The position numbers were made by a program, and so were the translations under genes. Under the pieces are notes generated by a model. That model had not been told where the DNA came from, did not search any database, and saw only the letters and a program-made list of their open reading frames with translations. DNA of 64,000 bases. Source: Eledone cirrhosa. Taxonomy: Eukaryota. Shown piece after piece: positions 27,700 through 39,739 of this stretch (its first letter is position 1; every line of letters starts with the position of its first letter). The stretch spans positions 29,946,001 to 30,010,000 of the forward strand of contig OZ024742.1 of the NCBI GenBank assembly GCA_964016885.1, written 5' to 3'.

Positions 27700-28770
27700 A
27701 GGTTTGGCAGTATTGGTAGAGCGTCGGACAGCATACTCTTCAGCATAGAGTTATGGCCCTTTCCGTTCTCAGATTAATTCCTGCTGGAGTTAGCTTTGCC
27801 TTTCATCATTATGGGGTCGATAAAATCAAGTACCAATAACGCACTAGGGTCGATATAATCGACTTTCCCCTGCCCTCAAAATTACTGACCTTCCTAAAGT
27901 GGAAACAATAATAATTATTATTTGGTGGATGGGCGGTGGATTGGCAGTATCGGTAGAGGGTCGCACGCCATGCTAGGGCGGTGGATTGGCAGTATCGGTG
28001 AAGGGTCGGACGCCATGCTAGGGCGGTGGATTGGCAGTATCGGTAGAGGGTCGGGCGCCATATTAGGGCGGTGGGTTGGCAGTATCGGTGGAGGGTCAGG
28101 CGCCATGTTAGGTTGGTGGATTGGCAGTATCGGTAGAGGGTCTGGCGCCATGTTAGGGTGGTGGATTGGCAGTATCGGTAGAGGATCGGACGCCATGCTT
28201 TGAAGCATAGAGTTACCTCCCTTTATGATCTGAGTTCAAATCCCGCCGAGGTTAACTTTGCCTTTCATCCTTACAGGGTCGATAAAATAAAGTACCAGTA
28301 ACACACTGGGTAATTGCTGGCATTGTGCCAAAAGTAGAAATAATTATTATTGGGTGTCTGACCCCGCCCCTGATTGGTAGAGAGTCGGACGCCAGTCTTT
28401 CCAGCATAGTTACGTCCCTTTACGGTCTGAGTTCAAATCCCGTTGTGGTTAACTTTGCCTTTCATCCTTACGGGGATCGATAAAATAAAGTACCAGTAAT
28501 GTGCTGAGTAATTTCTGGCATTGTGCCAAAAGTAGAAACAATTATTATTTGGAGTGGCTGTATCGGTAGAGCATCGGATGCCATGCTTTGCAGCATATAG
28601 TTACGGCCCTTTACGTACTGAGTTCAATTCCTGTCGAGATTAGATTTACCTTTCATTCTTACGGGGTCGACAAAATAAAGTACCACTAACACACTGGAGT
28701 CGATTTAATCGATTTTCCCCTGACCCCAAAATTGCTGGCCTTGTGTCTATATCAGAAACCATTATTATTA
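27700..28770 (+). mobile_element. Head-to-tail array of four Deu/Nin-domain tRNA-SINEs; the second carries tandem 46-48-bp head repeats
   Basis: Each unit has an A-box-like head, a B-box (GAGTTCAAATCC), core GCCTTTCATCCTTACGGGGTCGATAAAATAAAGTACCA and an (ATT)n tail. Confidence 0.85.
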
Positions 28771-28995
28771 ATACAATCCGTGTAGAAATTAATGCTGAAC
28801 TATTCAGTAATATATTGCCAAACTATTCAAATATTGATGGAGAGACATGATGACTTTACGAGTTGCAGATAAATCCAACAGCAGACGTACATCCGGGTCG
28901 TGACCTCCAGGTCATCAAACACAGGCGTTTAGTTGATAAAATATTTTATCAGCCATAGAACTTCATTTCATTGCAAACGACTCACTCCTACCTAT

Positions 28996-29060
28996 TCCGT
29001 CCAACTCCGACCAACTCCGTCCAACTCCGTCCAACTCCGTCCAACTCCGTCCAACTCCAA
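28996..29060. repeat. 10-bp tandem repeat (CCGTCCAACT)
   Basis: About 6 units. Confidence 0.85.
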
Positions 29061-29130
29061 CCCATTTCGGCCCACCTCTCCGCCTTCTCTTTCTCTCTCG
29101 CTCTTTATATCTCTCTTCCCCCTCTCTCTT

Positions 29131-29166
<36 letters not shown>

Positions 29167-29226
29167 CACACATATATATATATCTTTCTCTCTCTCTTTC
29201 TATCACTCTCTCTTCCTCTCTCTCTC

Positions 29227-29274
<48 letters not shown>

Positions 29275-29282
29275 TATATGTG

Positions 29283-29313
<31 letters not shown>

Positions 29314-29434
29314 TTCTCTCTCTTTCAATCCCTCTCTCTTCCTCTCTCTCTCCCTCTCTCTCTCTATATATATATATATCTTTCTATCACTCTCTCTCTC
29401 TCTCTATCACTCTCTCTCTTTCTATCACTCTCTC

Positions 29435-29494
<60 letters not shown>

Positions 29495-29624
29495 TCTCTC
29501 TGGACCAATCTGGCGATCTCAGTTGATGTAACTGGCAAAACGAAGTATTTTGTAGCAATTGGTGTATAATATTGATGAGATGTCAGCACAAGATGAAGAA
29601 GGTGAACATAGGGGAGGGTGGGGG

Positions 29625-29816
29625 GGCAGTGGATTGGCAGTATCGGTAGAGGGTCTGACGACATGCTTTATAGCATAGAGTTACGGCTCTTTACGGGCTG
29701 AGTTCCAATCCCACTGAGGTTAACTTTACCTTTCATCCTTACGAGGTCGATGAAATAAAGTACCAGTAATGGACCGGGATAATTGCTGGCCTTGTGCTAA
29801 AAGTAGAAACAATTAT
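29625..29816 (+). mobile_element. Deu/Nin-domain tRNA-SINE copy
   Basis: Same head, core and tail as the 27.7-28.8 kb copies. Confidence 0.82.
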
Positions 29817-29891
29817 TTATAGCGATCAAATGTTGTTACAGTAATTTTCTACGTTTGGGATTCTTACATTTTCAAATATATATTATACTAT

Positions 29892-29959
<68 letters not shown>

Positions 29960-29964
<5 letters not shown>

Positions 29965-30405
29965 ATACTTTGGGAGGGTCATGTTGCCAATAAGAAACAC
30001 ACGCACCAGTTGCTTTCACTTCAATTTATTATAAACACACACAGACACCCGGATGTGGCGCATGCGCAGACTGAGCACACAACACACACACAGAAACAAA
30101 ATGGCGTAGGACAGAACAAAGGAGAGGCACAGAAACAAAGAAAGGAATCCCCAGTCACTGAAGAGGTCACAGAGTGTGTGACGAAAGAACTATGACAATA
30201 TATAAACAACTATCTGGTTGTGGAACCAACCAACCAACCAGAAATCTATAAATTTATAAATTTATTATAAATTTATTATAATAAATTGAAGTGAAAGCAA
30301 CCGGTGCGTGTGTTTCTTATTGGCAACATGACCCTCTCAAAGTATAACAATATCGGTTTCAACACACGATTTCAGATAAAGAATCTTGCTAAACAAATTC
30401 AGAAA

Positions 30406-30410
<5 letters not shown>
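29960..30410 (+). mobile_element. Solo PLE pseudo-LTR (same family as 13748-14705) with inverted 5' copy; hammerhead at 30154-30196
   Basis: 29960-30030 is the inverse of 30280-30350; GUCA-CUGAAGA-...-GAAAG AA CU-A-UGAC; (TA)n flanks. Confidence 0.8.
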
Positions 30411-30451
<41 letters not shown>

Positions 30452-30457
<6 letters not shown>

Positions 30458-31015
30458 ATAATAATAATAAATTTGAAGACTAAAATCCAAAGAGGGCTCG
30501 ATAAGGATAAATATATATCAAATATATAAGAACCGTAGAGCAAATATTTATTAAAATAACAAATTAAAGTTTAAGCAAAGAATCGCTGCTTTCACACTTA
30601 ACGGGATCTTCTGAAACTAACAAAGTCAATCTGTAAACGCAGAAGTTGATATTTCAAAAAACGTTGCAACCGGAGGAAGACAGAAAGACGATACTTTGGT
30701 TCGTGGAAACGTTCGCTGGCAATGAACGGAAAAAACGAAGATAATACGTCATTATGTGGGGCGGAGAGAACAATGGCGCGCAAAGACAAAACCACGTAAA
30801 TGGTATAACAGAAGTCGTAGACTAAAATTCTAACTAGGAAACGGAATGATTCTCAGCTTCAGAGTTAAGAATAAAGTAAGTAAAAAATGCAACGTTTTTT
30901 GAAATATTCACTTCTGCGTTTGCAGATTGATTGACTTTGTTAGTTTCAGAAGATCCCGTTAAAGGTGAAAGCAGCGTTTCTTTGCTTAAACTTTAATCTG
31001 TTATTTTAATAAATA
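30452..31015 (-). mobile_element. PLE pseudo-LTR (family of 32084-34570) with inverted copy 30888-31015
   Basis: Matches 32084-32640. Hammerhead-like motifs at 30568-30618 (-) and 30942-30992 (+). Confidence 0.78.
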
Positions 31016-31133
31016 TATATATATATATAATTGATATTAAATAAATGGATACTATATTTATAAAACCATATTTATTCTATTATATATTTCAAGGGTACCA
31101 AAAATGTTATAAATATTCTTATACATATCTCTT

Positions 31134-31227
<94 letters not shown>

Positions 31228-31229
<2 letters not shown>

Positions 31230-32070
31230 AAGGCGGGTAAAATTCCCGAGATCCATGGACGAGTTCTCTCCAGCGGTCTCTGTCCCTCATTATCGCTGCC
31301 ATGTCCTGCGTCTCCAACAGACCAGTGTCTGTCCTTAAGGCATCAACATACGTTAACCTTGGTCTTCCTCTTCCAGTGTGTCCATGTAGGGGCTCCCACA
31401 GGAGCACTGAGTGCAATGTCAACTCTGGATGTCGGTGAGCATGTCCAGCTAACCTCAGTCTCCTCTGTGTCACTTTTGAGCTGCTTTTGGGATGCTCCCA
31501 TACAGCTCTGAGTTTTTCATCCTCAGTGTATACTGATTAATGTTCAGAGCCATCCTCAGCATTCTCGTGTAGCACCCATCCACCGTCTGAGTGAGTTTCT
31601 TGGTCAGTGTCCAAGTCTCAGACCCGTACAGCAGCGCAGACTCCACTACAGCAATGAAGAGGCGGATTTTCAGGTCTTTACGAAGGTCCGACTTCCACAC
31701 CGATCTCAATCTGTGGCACGCCGCCCAGGCTTTGCTCTTCCTCTCAAACACTTCATCTTCCGTATTCCTAATCTTTGTTCCCAAATACAGGAAGCCCTCA
31801 ACCAATTCTAGCGGCTTTAGGACGCTGGCTTTACTGTAGCACCGGCTCAGAGCAGAAGAGTTAGGGCGAAAAAGGTATCGGATACTGAATTTGCCGACGA
31901 CATAGTTTTGGTGACAAATACAGTGAAGGAGGCAGAGGATTTGATGCGAGAGGTTGAGACTGTGTCGATGAGTGTGGAGCTGAGAATGAATGAGACTAAA
32001 ACAAAATATCTGGTAGAGAATGTTGAGAAGCCAGAGGGGATCACTAATGTAGGCGGGAAGCCGCTAGAGT
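31228..32070 (-). mobile_element. RTE-clade LINE 3' fragment with inverted 5' segment
   Basis: Minus strand 31812-31228: FLYLG..LYGSETW..RRLRLAGH..GRPRLTY..DRDRWR. Plus strand 31845-32070: FADDIVL..LRMNETKTK..KPLE. Confidence 0.85.
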
Positions 32071-32083
32071 ATATATATATATA

Positions 32084-34570
32084 GTAATAATAATAAATTT
32101 GAAGACTAAAATCCAAAGAGGGCTCGATAAGGATAAATATATATCAAATATATCAGAACCGTAGAGCAAATATTTATTAAAATAACAGATTAAAGTTTAA
32201 GCTTTCACCCTTAACGGGATCTTCGGAAACTAACAAAGTCAATCTGTAAACGCAGAAGTGGATATTCCAAAAAACGTTGCAACCGGAGGAAGACAGGAAG
32301 ACGATACTTTGGTTCGTGGTAACGTTCGCTGGCTAAGAACGGGATAAAACGAATATAATACGTCATTAATACGAGCGGTGAAAAACAATTACGCGCAACG
32401 ACAGAACCACGTTAATGGTATAAAAGAGGTCGTAGACTAATGTTCTCTTAGGTGGTGCATAGAGACGTTCTCTGGCAATGAACGAAAAAAACGAAGTTAA
32501 TAGGTCATATGTGGAGCGTGGAGAACAATAGCACGCAAAGACAAAACCACGTAAATGGTATAGCAGAAGTCGTAGACTAAAATTCTAACTAGGAGACCAA
32601 ATGAATCTCCGCTATAGAGTTAAGAACAAAGTAAATAAATACAATACAGAAGTAATAGAAACAAATAAATACATACACGCAAACAGATACGTACATACAC
32701 AAGCATACGCAAAAACTTACCATAGGTAAACAAAACCACGCACATATAAATATGTGTGTGTGTGTAAGCGTGTATACAAATAAATAAATAATTATATAAA
32801 CGTATATAAATAAATAAATACGTATATAACAAGCGCACACACATACCTACATTTAAATACACGAATGTTCGGAGACGTAAGTCAACCAAAACATGAAGTA
32901 CACATATACACACGCCCTACATACGTACGAACCTGCATACTTACACAGACGCAAAACTCCCGTATACACATAGCCGAACCATATGTACCAGAATATATAA
33001 AAAAAATTATACGCCATAACAATCAAATATACGTACGAGAAGGTATACGTACCTTCACAAAACATACGGATAATATATACTTACCTATGCCAATAAGTAA
33101 AGGTATAAACAAAACATATACTTAGCTCCCACATCGAGACGTAAAATATCCACGTATAGATCGTACTATCCGTTAGGGTATAACGTGGGGCTGTAATACA
33201 GGAAAGTTTTGTGCAATTTATGTTTACAAGCCGAAATTGCCTCAGATTTTTTGTTTAAGATGTGGTCTGTGACGTAGATTATTTCCAGGGCCTCAGCGGC
33301 GCAGAGGTCACAAGGTCTTTTATTTCCGTTATACGATCTAGCCCTAGCTAGGATCTCCCAGTGTAACTTATATTGGGTGTGGTTGTCTTTTAGACTCCAG
33401 ATATAAGCTGAAAGTGACGTCATATTCCTTCTTAGAGGGTAACGAAAAGAATGGGTATGCATGTAAAGACGCTGCTTGAATCTATTGGCAGTTAACCCTA
33501 TGTAGGCCCTACGGGACGTGGGTGTTACAACCTTACATTTGTAGACAATATTACTAGAGAGGCATTTCCCGGATAGGGGGAAGTCAACCCGATTCCTACA
33601 ATTACAGTTAGTACTAACTACAGGGTTGCACGTGTTCCTACGGCTAGGTAGTTTAGCTAAATTTGAAGCTGTGATGTTATGTGCAAGGTTAGGAGTCGTA
33701 GAGTAAGACATTTTAATAGTATTTCTATTAAAAATTTTACTATATTTATGTGTAGGGGGAAAATGCTTCGTAATAAGGGAAAGAAAGATCTTAGCGAACG
33801 GTGTGGCCACCTCCATATTATATGGTGGGTTATACCAACAAATGCGACGGGATCTATTTCTTCTAGGTCTATTTTCATACTCTGTATATGCTACCTTATC
33901 GACAAATCCACTTCGAGCAAGAGCTTCATTGTAATAAGTGGAATGGTCGTTGAAAATACGCTCGTTGGTGGAAAGACGGGAAAGCCTCAACGAAACGTTT
34001 CTTACCAGGTTCTTGGTTATGCTGGCAGGATGGTTGGAATGCTTACTTATGTAATTAAGCGTATCATTCGGCTTTCTATACGGGTAATACAACCCATTCA
34101 ATAAGTTGAGGGTAACGTCGAGGTAATTAACGACCGAGAGATTGGCCTCAACCTGTATAGAGAGGTTGAAGCCTTTAAAGAAGGCTGTGAGTTCTTTTCT
34201 GAACCTGTCGCAAGCACGAGGTCCGCACTTAGTCATGGTCAAAAGACCATCGTCACGGTACAAACCACCGCCCGCGTTGGGGAATTCGTCCTTGATAGAG
34301 AAAAGAAGGAAAAGGACGATAAGATCAGTAACCTCCGCAGAATCACTGGCGCCCATACTCACGTCGAATGGGATACTATTGGATTTGTTAATCCAAATAG
34401 AGTCGTCGAAATTTCTCACCGACTTTCGGGCATTGAGGAAGACATCAACTTCGAAATCCTTAACCACTGTGAGTGTTTTAGCGAAATTGATAGCTCTAAG
34501 GAGAAGTGGTAAAGTGATGGAGGAGTAGTAATTGTTGATGTCGAATTGGATAAAACGGCAATGTTCCTTG
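32084..34570 (-). mobile_element. 5'-truncated Penelope-like retrotransposon with long 3' pseudo-LTR
   Basis: RT and GIY-YIG ORF followed by about 1 kb of non-coding pseudo-LTR; bounded by (TA)n. Confidence 0.9.
33166..34570 (-). CDS. PLE polyprotein C-terminal part: reverse transcriptase, linker and GIY-YIG endonuclease
   Basis: FIQFDI upstream of the called ORF, SMGA, YRDD, YLDVTL, YPYRKP, SNHP, NIVYKC..YIGLT..FKQR..H, CDLC, ILN. Confidence 0.88.
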
Positions 34571-34607
34571 TTACATATGCCTATAAATATCTCTTATATA
34601 TATATAC

Positions 34608-34693
<86 letters not shown>

Positions 34694-34734
34694 GTGTGTG
34701 TATATATGTGTGTGTATGTATATGTATATAGACA

Positions 34735-34794
<60 letters not shown>

Positions 34795-34797
<3 letters not shown>

Positions 34798-35013
34798 TCA
34801 TCATCATCAGGTCGAGCTTGCTCGGCTTTCTACGACACGTTTCCTCCATCCATCTCTGTCTCTCATAGCGTTTGCCAGTTCTTCCGCAGTGCATCCAGTA
34901 TCGTCCTCAAGCTGCTTGACGTATGTCTTCTTGGGACGACCAGCGTTTCTTGCTCCATGAGATGGACTCCATAACAACACATCACCTGCTATCTCTACCT
35001 TGCTGCGCCAACA

Positions 35014-35014
<1 letters not shown>
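34795..35014 (-). mobile_element. RTE-clade LINE 3' fragment with (GAT)n tail
   Basis: VLLWSPSHG..GRPKKTY..AMRDRDGWRKRV followed by TGATGATGAT; (TA)n flanks. Confidence 0.8.
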
Positions 35015-35042
<28 letters not shown>

Positions 35043-35047
<5 letters not shown>

Positions 35048-35310
35048 GGTGTTTGATGCTTAAAGCATCCGTATGCGGTAGACCGTATGAGCACTCGATA
35101 CTCTCATAGAGCAGAGTATGATATCACAGAAAAAAAGAGAATCAGTGTTGCGACGAATGGAATTTATTGGACATATTACAATCGTTTCTCTGGCAACCAG
35201 TTCGTGATGATCGAACCTTAAACCGCAAGGTCCTCAGATACGTCTTGATTCTACGAAGCAGATTTTCTTATGGAAATTCCTAGGAAAATCTGCTTCATAG
35301 AATGTCTATA
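35043..35310 (-). mobile_element. Non-coding repeat with hammerhead (35170-35244); same family as 60810-61235
   Basis: Near-identical to 60810-61090; GACGUAU-CUGAGGA-[42 nt]-GAAAC GAUU GU-A-AUAUGUC. Confidence 0.68.
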
Positions 35311-35465
35311 CGTTTTAGTAAGCAGCCAAAATTCTGCTTGCTTCAACCGACGCAATTGATTCTATAACGCTCAAGATTCTATAACGCATGCACGGACCCT
35401 TCGCCCCTGGTATTTACCCTTACCCTTTATATATATTTAAATATGTGTGTGTATATATATATTTA

Positions 35466-35552
<87 letters not shown>

Positions 35553-35689
35553 ATGCGGTGGTCAGCAGAGAGACAATCCATGAGGTGGTCCACTGTCAGA
35601 CGAAACAGGGAAGAAATAAATAAAATAAATATTTCTGCTTGTATAATGTATGTGATTAAAATCTGTGCTATTTGTTTTATCAGTACATA

Positions 35690-35970
35690 AAGGGCCTTAA
35701 CTCTATGCTGACGCTCTACCGATACTGCCAATCCACCGCCCTTAATAACAATAATAATTGTTTCTACTTTAGGCACAAGGCCAGCAATTTGAAGGGAAGG
35801 AGAAAGTCGTTTAAACCGACCCCAGTGCATTACTGGTTCTTTATTTTATCGACCCCGTAAGGATGAAAGGCAAAGCTAACCTCGGCGGGGTTTGAACTCA
35901 GACCGTAAAGGGCCGTAACTCTGTGTTTCAACGCATGGCGTCCGACCCTCTACCGATACTGCCAATCCAT
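35690..35970 (-). mobile_element. Deu/Nin-domain SINE (35745-35970) plus an adjacent SINE head (35690-35742)
   Basis: Reverse complement of the 28-kb SINE consensus. Confidence 0.85.
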
Positions 35971-36287
35971 TGTCATTAATAATAATAATAATAATGATTT
36001 CTTTAATAATAATAATAATGATTTCTTTAATAATAATAATAATGTTTTCTTTATTAACCACAAGGGTTCACATAAAGTAGACATTAAGGACAGTACAGGA
36101 CAATACAGGACGGTACAAATGGGCATTTCTGCGTGTAAAAAAAAAAGAGGTTGAAATAAAATAACAAAGAAAAATTCCCCAATAGGGGGGAGACTTCCAA
36201 GGGACATTTGTGGAGAAAGCCCATTAAAAGACCACAGTGGCCCTGACCACCAGGGCAAGTGCCCTCTCCCAGTTTTCCACCTTTAAT

Positions 36288-39200
36288 TTACAGACACATA
36301 CTCAGAGAAGGCCCATTCATTCGGGCCATACTTGCTTCTCTCACCCATCTTTCAACAAAATGCTGGGAAGAGAGCACTTCCCTCTCTACCTTGATTTTCC
36401 TTTTCAAATGAAATTTGAAAAAGTTAATCAGGGCATCACCGAAGAGGTAAGTGCTCGTCTTCAGCCCTTTCAAACGTGTCCACCATACTATCTCTTTCGC
36501 CATGGCCACCAGACAGATAAAAACTGCCTGCCCTTCCAGGCTAAAGGAAGGGGGCGGGGCAATCCTCACGATGGACTCAGCTGACAGCTGGATCCGTCCT
36601 ACACGTGACAGCAGGTGTTCGACATAAACCCACAAGTCAGCAATGCTCGGACACTGGACGAGTGATTGCAGGACGGTTTCGTCGCCCTGCGCGCATCTCG
36701 GACATGCCCGGCTGACGGCACCTCCATGCCTGTAGAGTTTATCCCGAACTGGCAAAGCTCGTCGGTAGCACTGCCAGGCCAGGGATTTCTGGAAGTTGTC
36801 CATAGGCCCCGGCCCGAAAGTCCTTCCGAAGAGATTGGCTAGTTGATTTTCGTCGACGCCTAGAGTTTCTCCAAGTACGTCGTCGCTCTTCCCCTCCACT
36901 AATCCCCTATAGAACGCCAAGGTGGAGTTTCCACCGATCACATTGCCCGATTGGTCGAGGGCTGTGAGCGCCTGAAGACATTCCAGTCTCCAAGCGCTCC
37001 CTCTCGGTCTTCGCTTGACCCAGGACTGCAGCTCCGTCAAGGAGACGAGCTGGGGAAAAACGCGTCTAGCAAACGGCGACCACACCTGATCACCGTCGAG
37101 GAAGAGGTGGAGATGTCGTAGCCTGAGCGCGTGTCTGCGCATCATCAGCCACGGCATGCCCAGCCCTCCACGTAGCGGGTGTTGACAGCAGATGGACCGC
37201 CTGACCATCGGAGCGCGTCCCTTCCACAAGAAGCGAAAGAGCAAACGCTCCAGCGCAGTCAGGCGGGGCTTAGGACAAGGTACGACGGTCAGGCGGTAGT
37301 AGATGACGGATGCGATGTACGCATTCGCCACCTCCGCTCGACCTTTCAGGGATAGCTTCCTCTCGGCCCATTTCTGGGTGAGAGAAGCCACCCTGCTCGT
37401 CACCTCGTCCCAGTTTTTGTCCGTCTGGAGGTCTGGACCGAATCAGACCCCTAGCAATTTAACCGGTCCGTCCGTCCAGCGCCCGACGACGCTGTTGGAC
37501 GGCATGGACCTGCCTCTCCAGGTGCCGAGCTGCAGGCCCACTGACTTTTCCTGGTTGATCATTGCTCCTGTCACCGCTTCGTATTCTCTTAGTGTAGTGC
37601 CGATCGCCTCGATGTGTTTGGCGTTCGACACCACTACGGTGACATCGTCGGCATATGCTGACACGGATCTTCCGCATCCTAGTTCGCGCGGGACCCCCTC
37701 AACGTCTCCAGTTTGTGCAGTAATGGCTCGAGAGTCAATACGTACAATAGGGACGAGAGGGGACATCCTTGGCGGACCGAGCGCATGATGTTGAACGGTT
37801 CCGAAAGGTGACCGTTCACTCTCACTACAGAGCAGATGTCGCTGTGCATGGCAGCGATCCAGCCTCTGAAGACGGGCCCAAAGCCAGCCGCCCTCAGGAC
37901 TGCCGTTAGGTAACGATGGTCGACCCTATCGAAGGCTTTCGACTGATCTAAATTGATCAAAGACCCACCCGTGCCAGGTTCCCTAGCTACCCTCTCTACG
38001 ATGTATCGCATGAGGTGGAGGTTGTCGTGGATGGATCTGTCGGGAATGGCGCATGTCTGTGCCTCTCCCACCAGACCACCAACGACAAGCGCCAACCTCT
38101 TTGCTAGCACCTTGGCCAAAATCTTGAACTCTGTGTTTAGCAGAGTTATGGGCCTAAAATTATCTATGTTATCCCCCTTGTTCGGATCCTTTCTCAGCAG
38201 CGCCACCGCTCCTCGGCTCACAGAGCTGGGAATTCTCCCGTTCTGTTGCCAGTTGCAGTAGACGTCCGCCAAGAGGCCTCCGAACAAGTTTGGCATTTGT
38301 ACGTAAAGTTCATAGGGCAGACCATCCAAACCAGGCGATTTACCCCTTGTGCAACTAGTCATTGCATCCCGTACTTCAGCGGTTGTTATCGGCTTTTCGC
38401 AACACTCCGCCTCAGTGGCCGAAAGCCGCGGCAGTCCGTCGAGGTAGACACTAAAGTCCATCCCTCGATCCGGCCCGCCACTGCCCCCGAACAGTTGAGC
38501 GAAGTGTCGCTGAAAAGCTTCACACATTTGCCCGGGATCGAGTAGCATGCGCCCGTCGTGGTCCACCAAAGACCGGATCGTGGCTTTGTTGCCACGACGC
38601 GCCTCCGCTACTCGGGCCCATTGAACGGCTTTCGTCCCCTCGTGTCTGAGAGCACGCACCCTAGCTCTGACAACGCAGCCTTCGTGCTTTGCATTGAAGA
38701 ATTGGTCAAGGGCAATTTCGCCGCAAGTACGTCGGTCGCGATGCCTTTGCTAAGCGCCTCATCTAATTTTCTAACTAATTCTCCCTCTGCTCTATTTTTC
38801 TCTATTGCTAAAGTCTTACTAAACCTAATGGACTCTATTCTAATTGCTCTTTTCAGAGCAAACCATCACTTGTTGTTGACGATGGCCCCCGTCAACGCCC
38901 GCTTAACTAGTTCGTTAATCCGGTCTCTGTAGGCCTTGCGCGCTGGTAAGGACGCGTTTAGCTTCCAGTAGCCGGGTCCTCGTCTATGAAGCCTATCTAA
39001 GTCAAGCACACAGATCACGAATTTGTGGTCCGTGTAGCTGACTATCTTGAATTGTGGACAGCCTATGCTAGACCTATCTATTTCCCTACAAAATACTCTA
39101 TCTAGATATGATCTGGATGACCCTATGCGATTTGTCCAAGTCCACATTGGTACATTCGGGAAATCCATTCGGTACCTGTCAGACAGTTCAAAACGCCTGA

Positions 39201-39705
39201 GCAGGTTGGTGAGGCTCTTGCACCCTCCTTCCCTATCCACTAATCCCACACAATCCCAGCGTGCATCTAAGATCCCGTTCCAGTCGCCCACTAACACTAA
39301 AGAGCGGGACGTTCCAAGAAAGGTCTCCAGACGCCGGAAGAAATCAGGCCGCCCTGCTCCTGTCGGGGCATAGACGGCCACTAACCTGAAAGCTTGCCCG
39401 TCTCCGCTGGTCACGTCCAGCACCACCAACTTACCTTCTGGGTCCAGGAAGATGGCCCGTATGGCAAGATCCAAACCTCTCCGAAAAAGCACAGCAACTC
39501 CTCCCCCCGATCCCGGACGGCTGGGAGATGCGTACACATCGTAGCCGCCGAAGATCGGTGCGAAAGCCTGTGCTTCGGAGATTCTGGTCTCGCTGATGGC
39601 CACTACATCTATGTTTAGTGACCTGAGGTCGTTGAGCAGGTGGCCCTGCTTCCATGACGACCCCAAGCCACGCGCATTTATGCTGCCTATTCTGAGTGAG
39701 GTCAT
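36288..39705 (-). pseudogene. ORF2 (APE-RT-zinc finger) of copy C with stops and frameshifts
   Basis: Pieces 38866-39705, 37679-38659, 37443-37766 and 36288-37403; motifs GDWN, QGCPLS, YADD, CPRC. Confidence 0.88.
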
Positions 39706-39739
39706 GTTGAAAAGGAGTGGAAAAGATGGGAAAGACCAC

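Noticed and set aside
28160-28250. tRNA gene suggested by A- and B-boxes
   Set aside because: No cloverleaf; the boxes continue into the SINE core and tail and are multi-copy.
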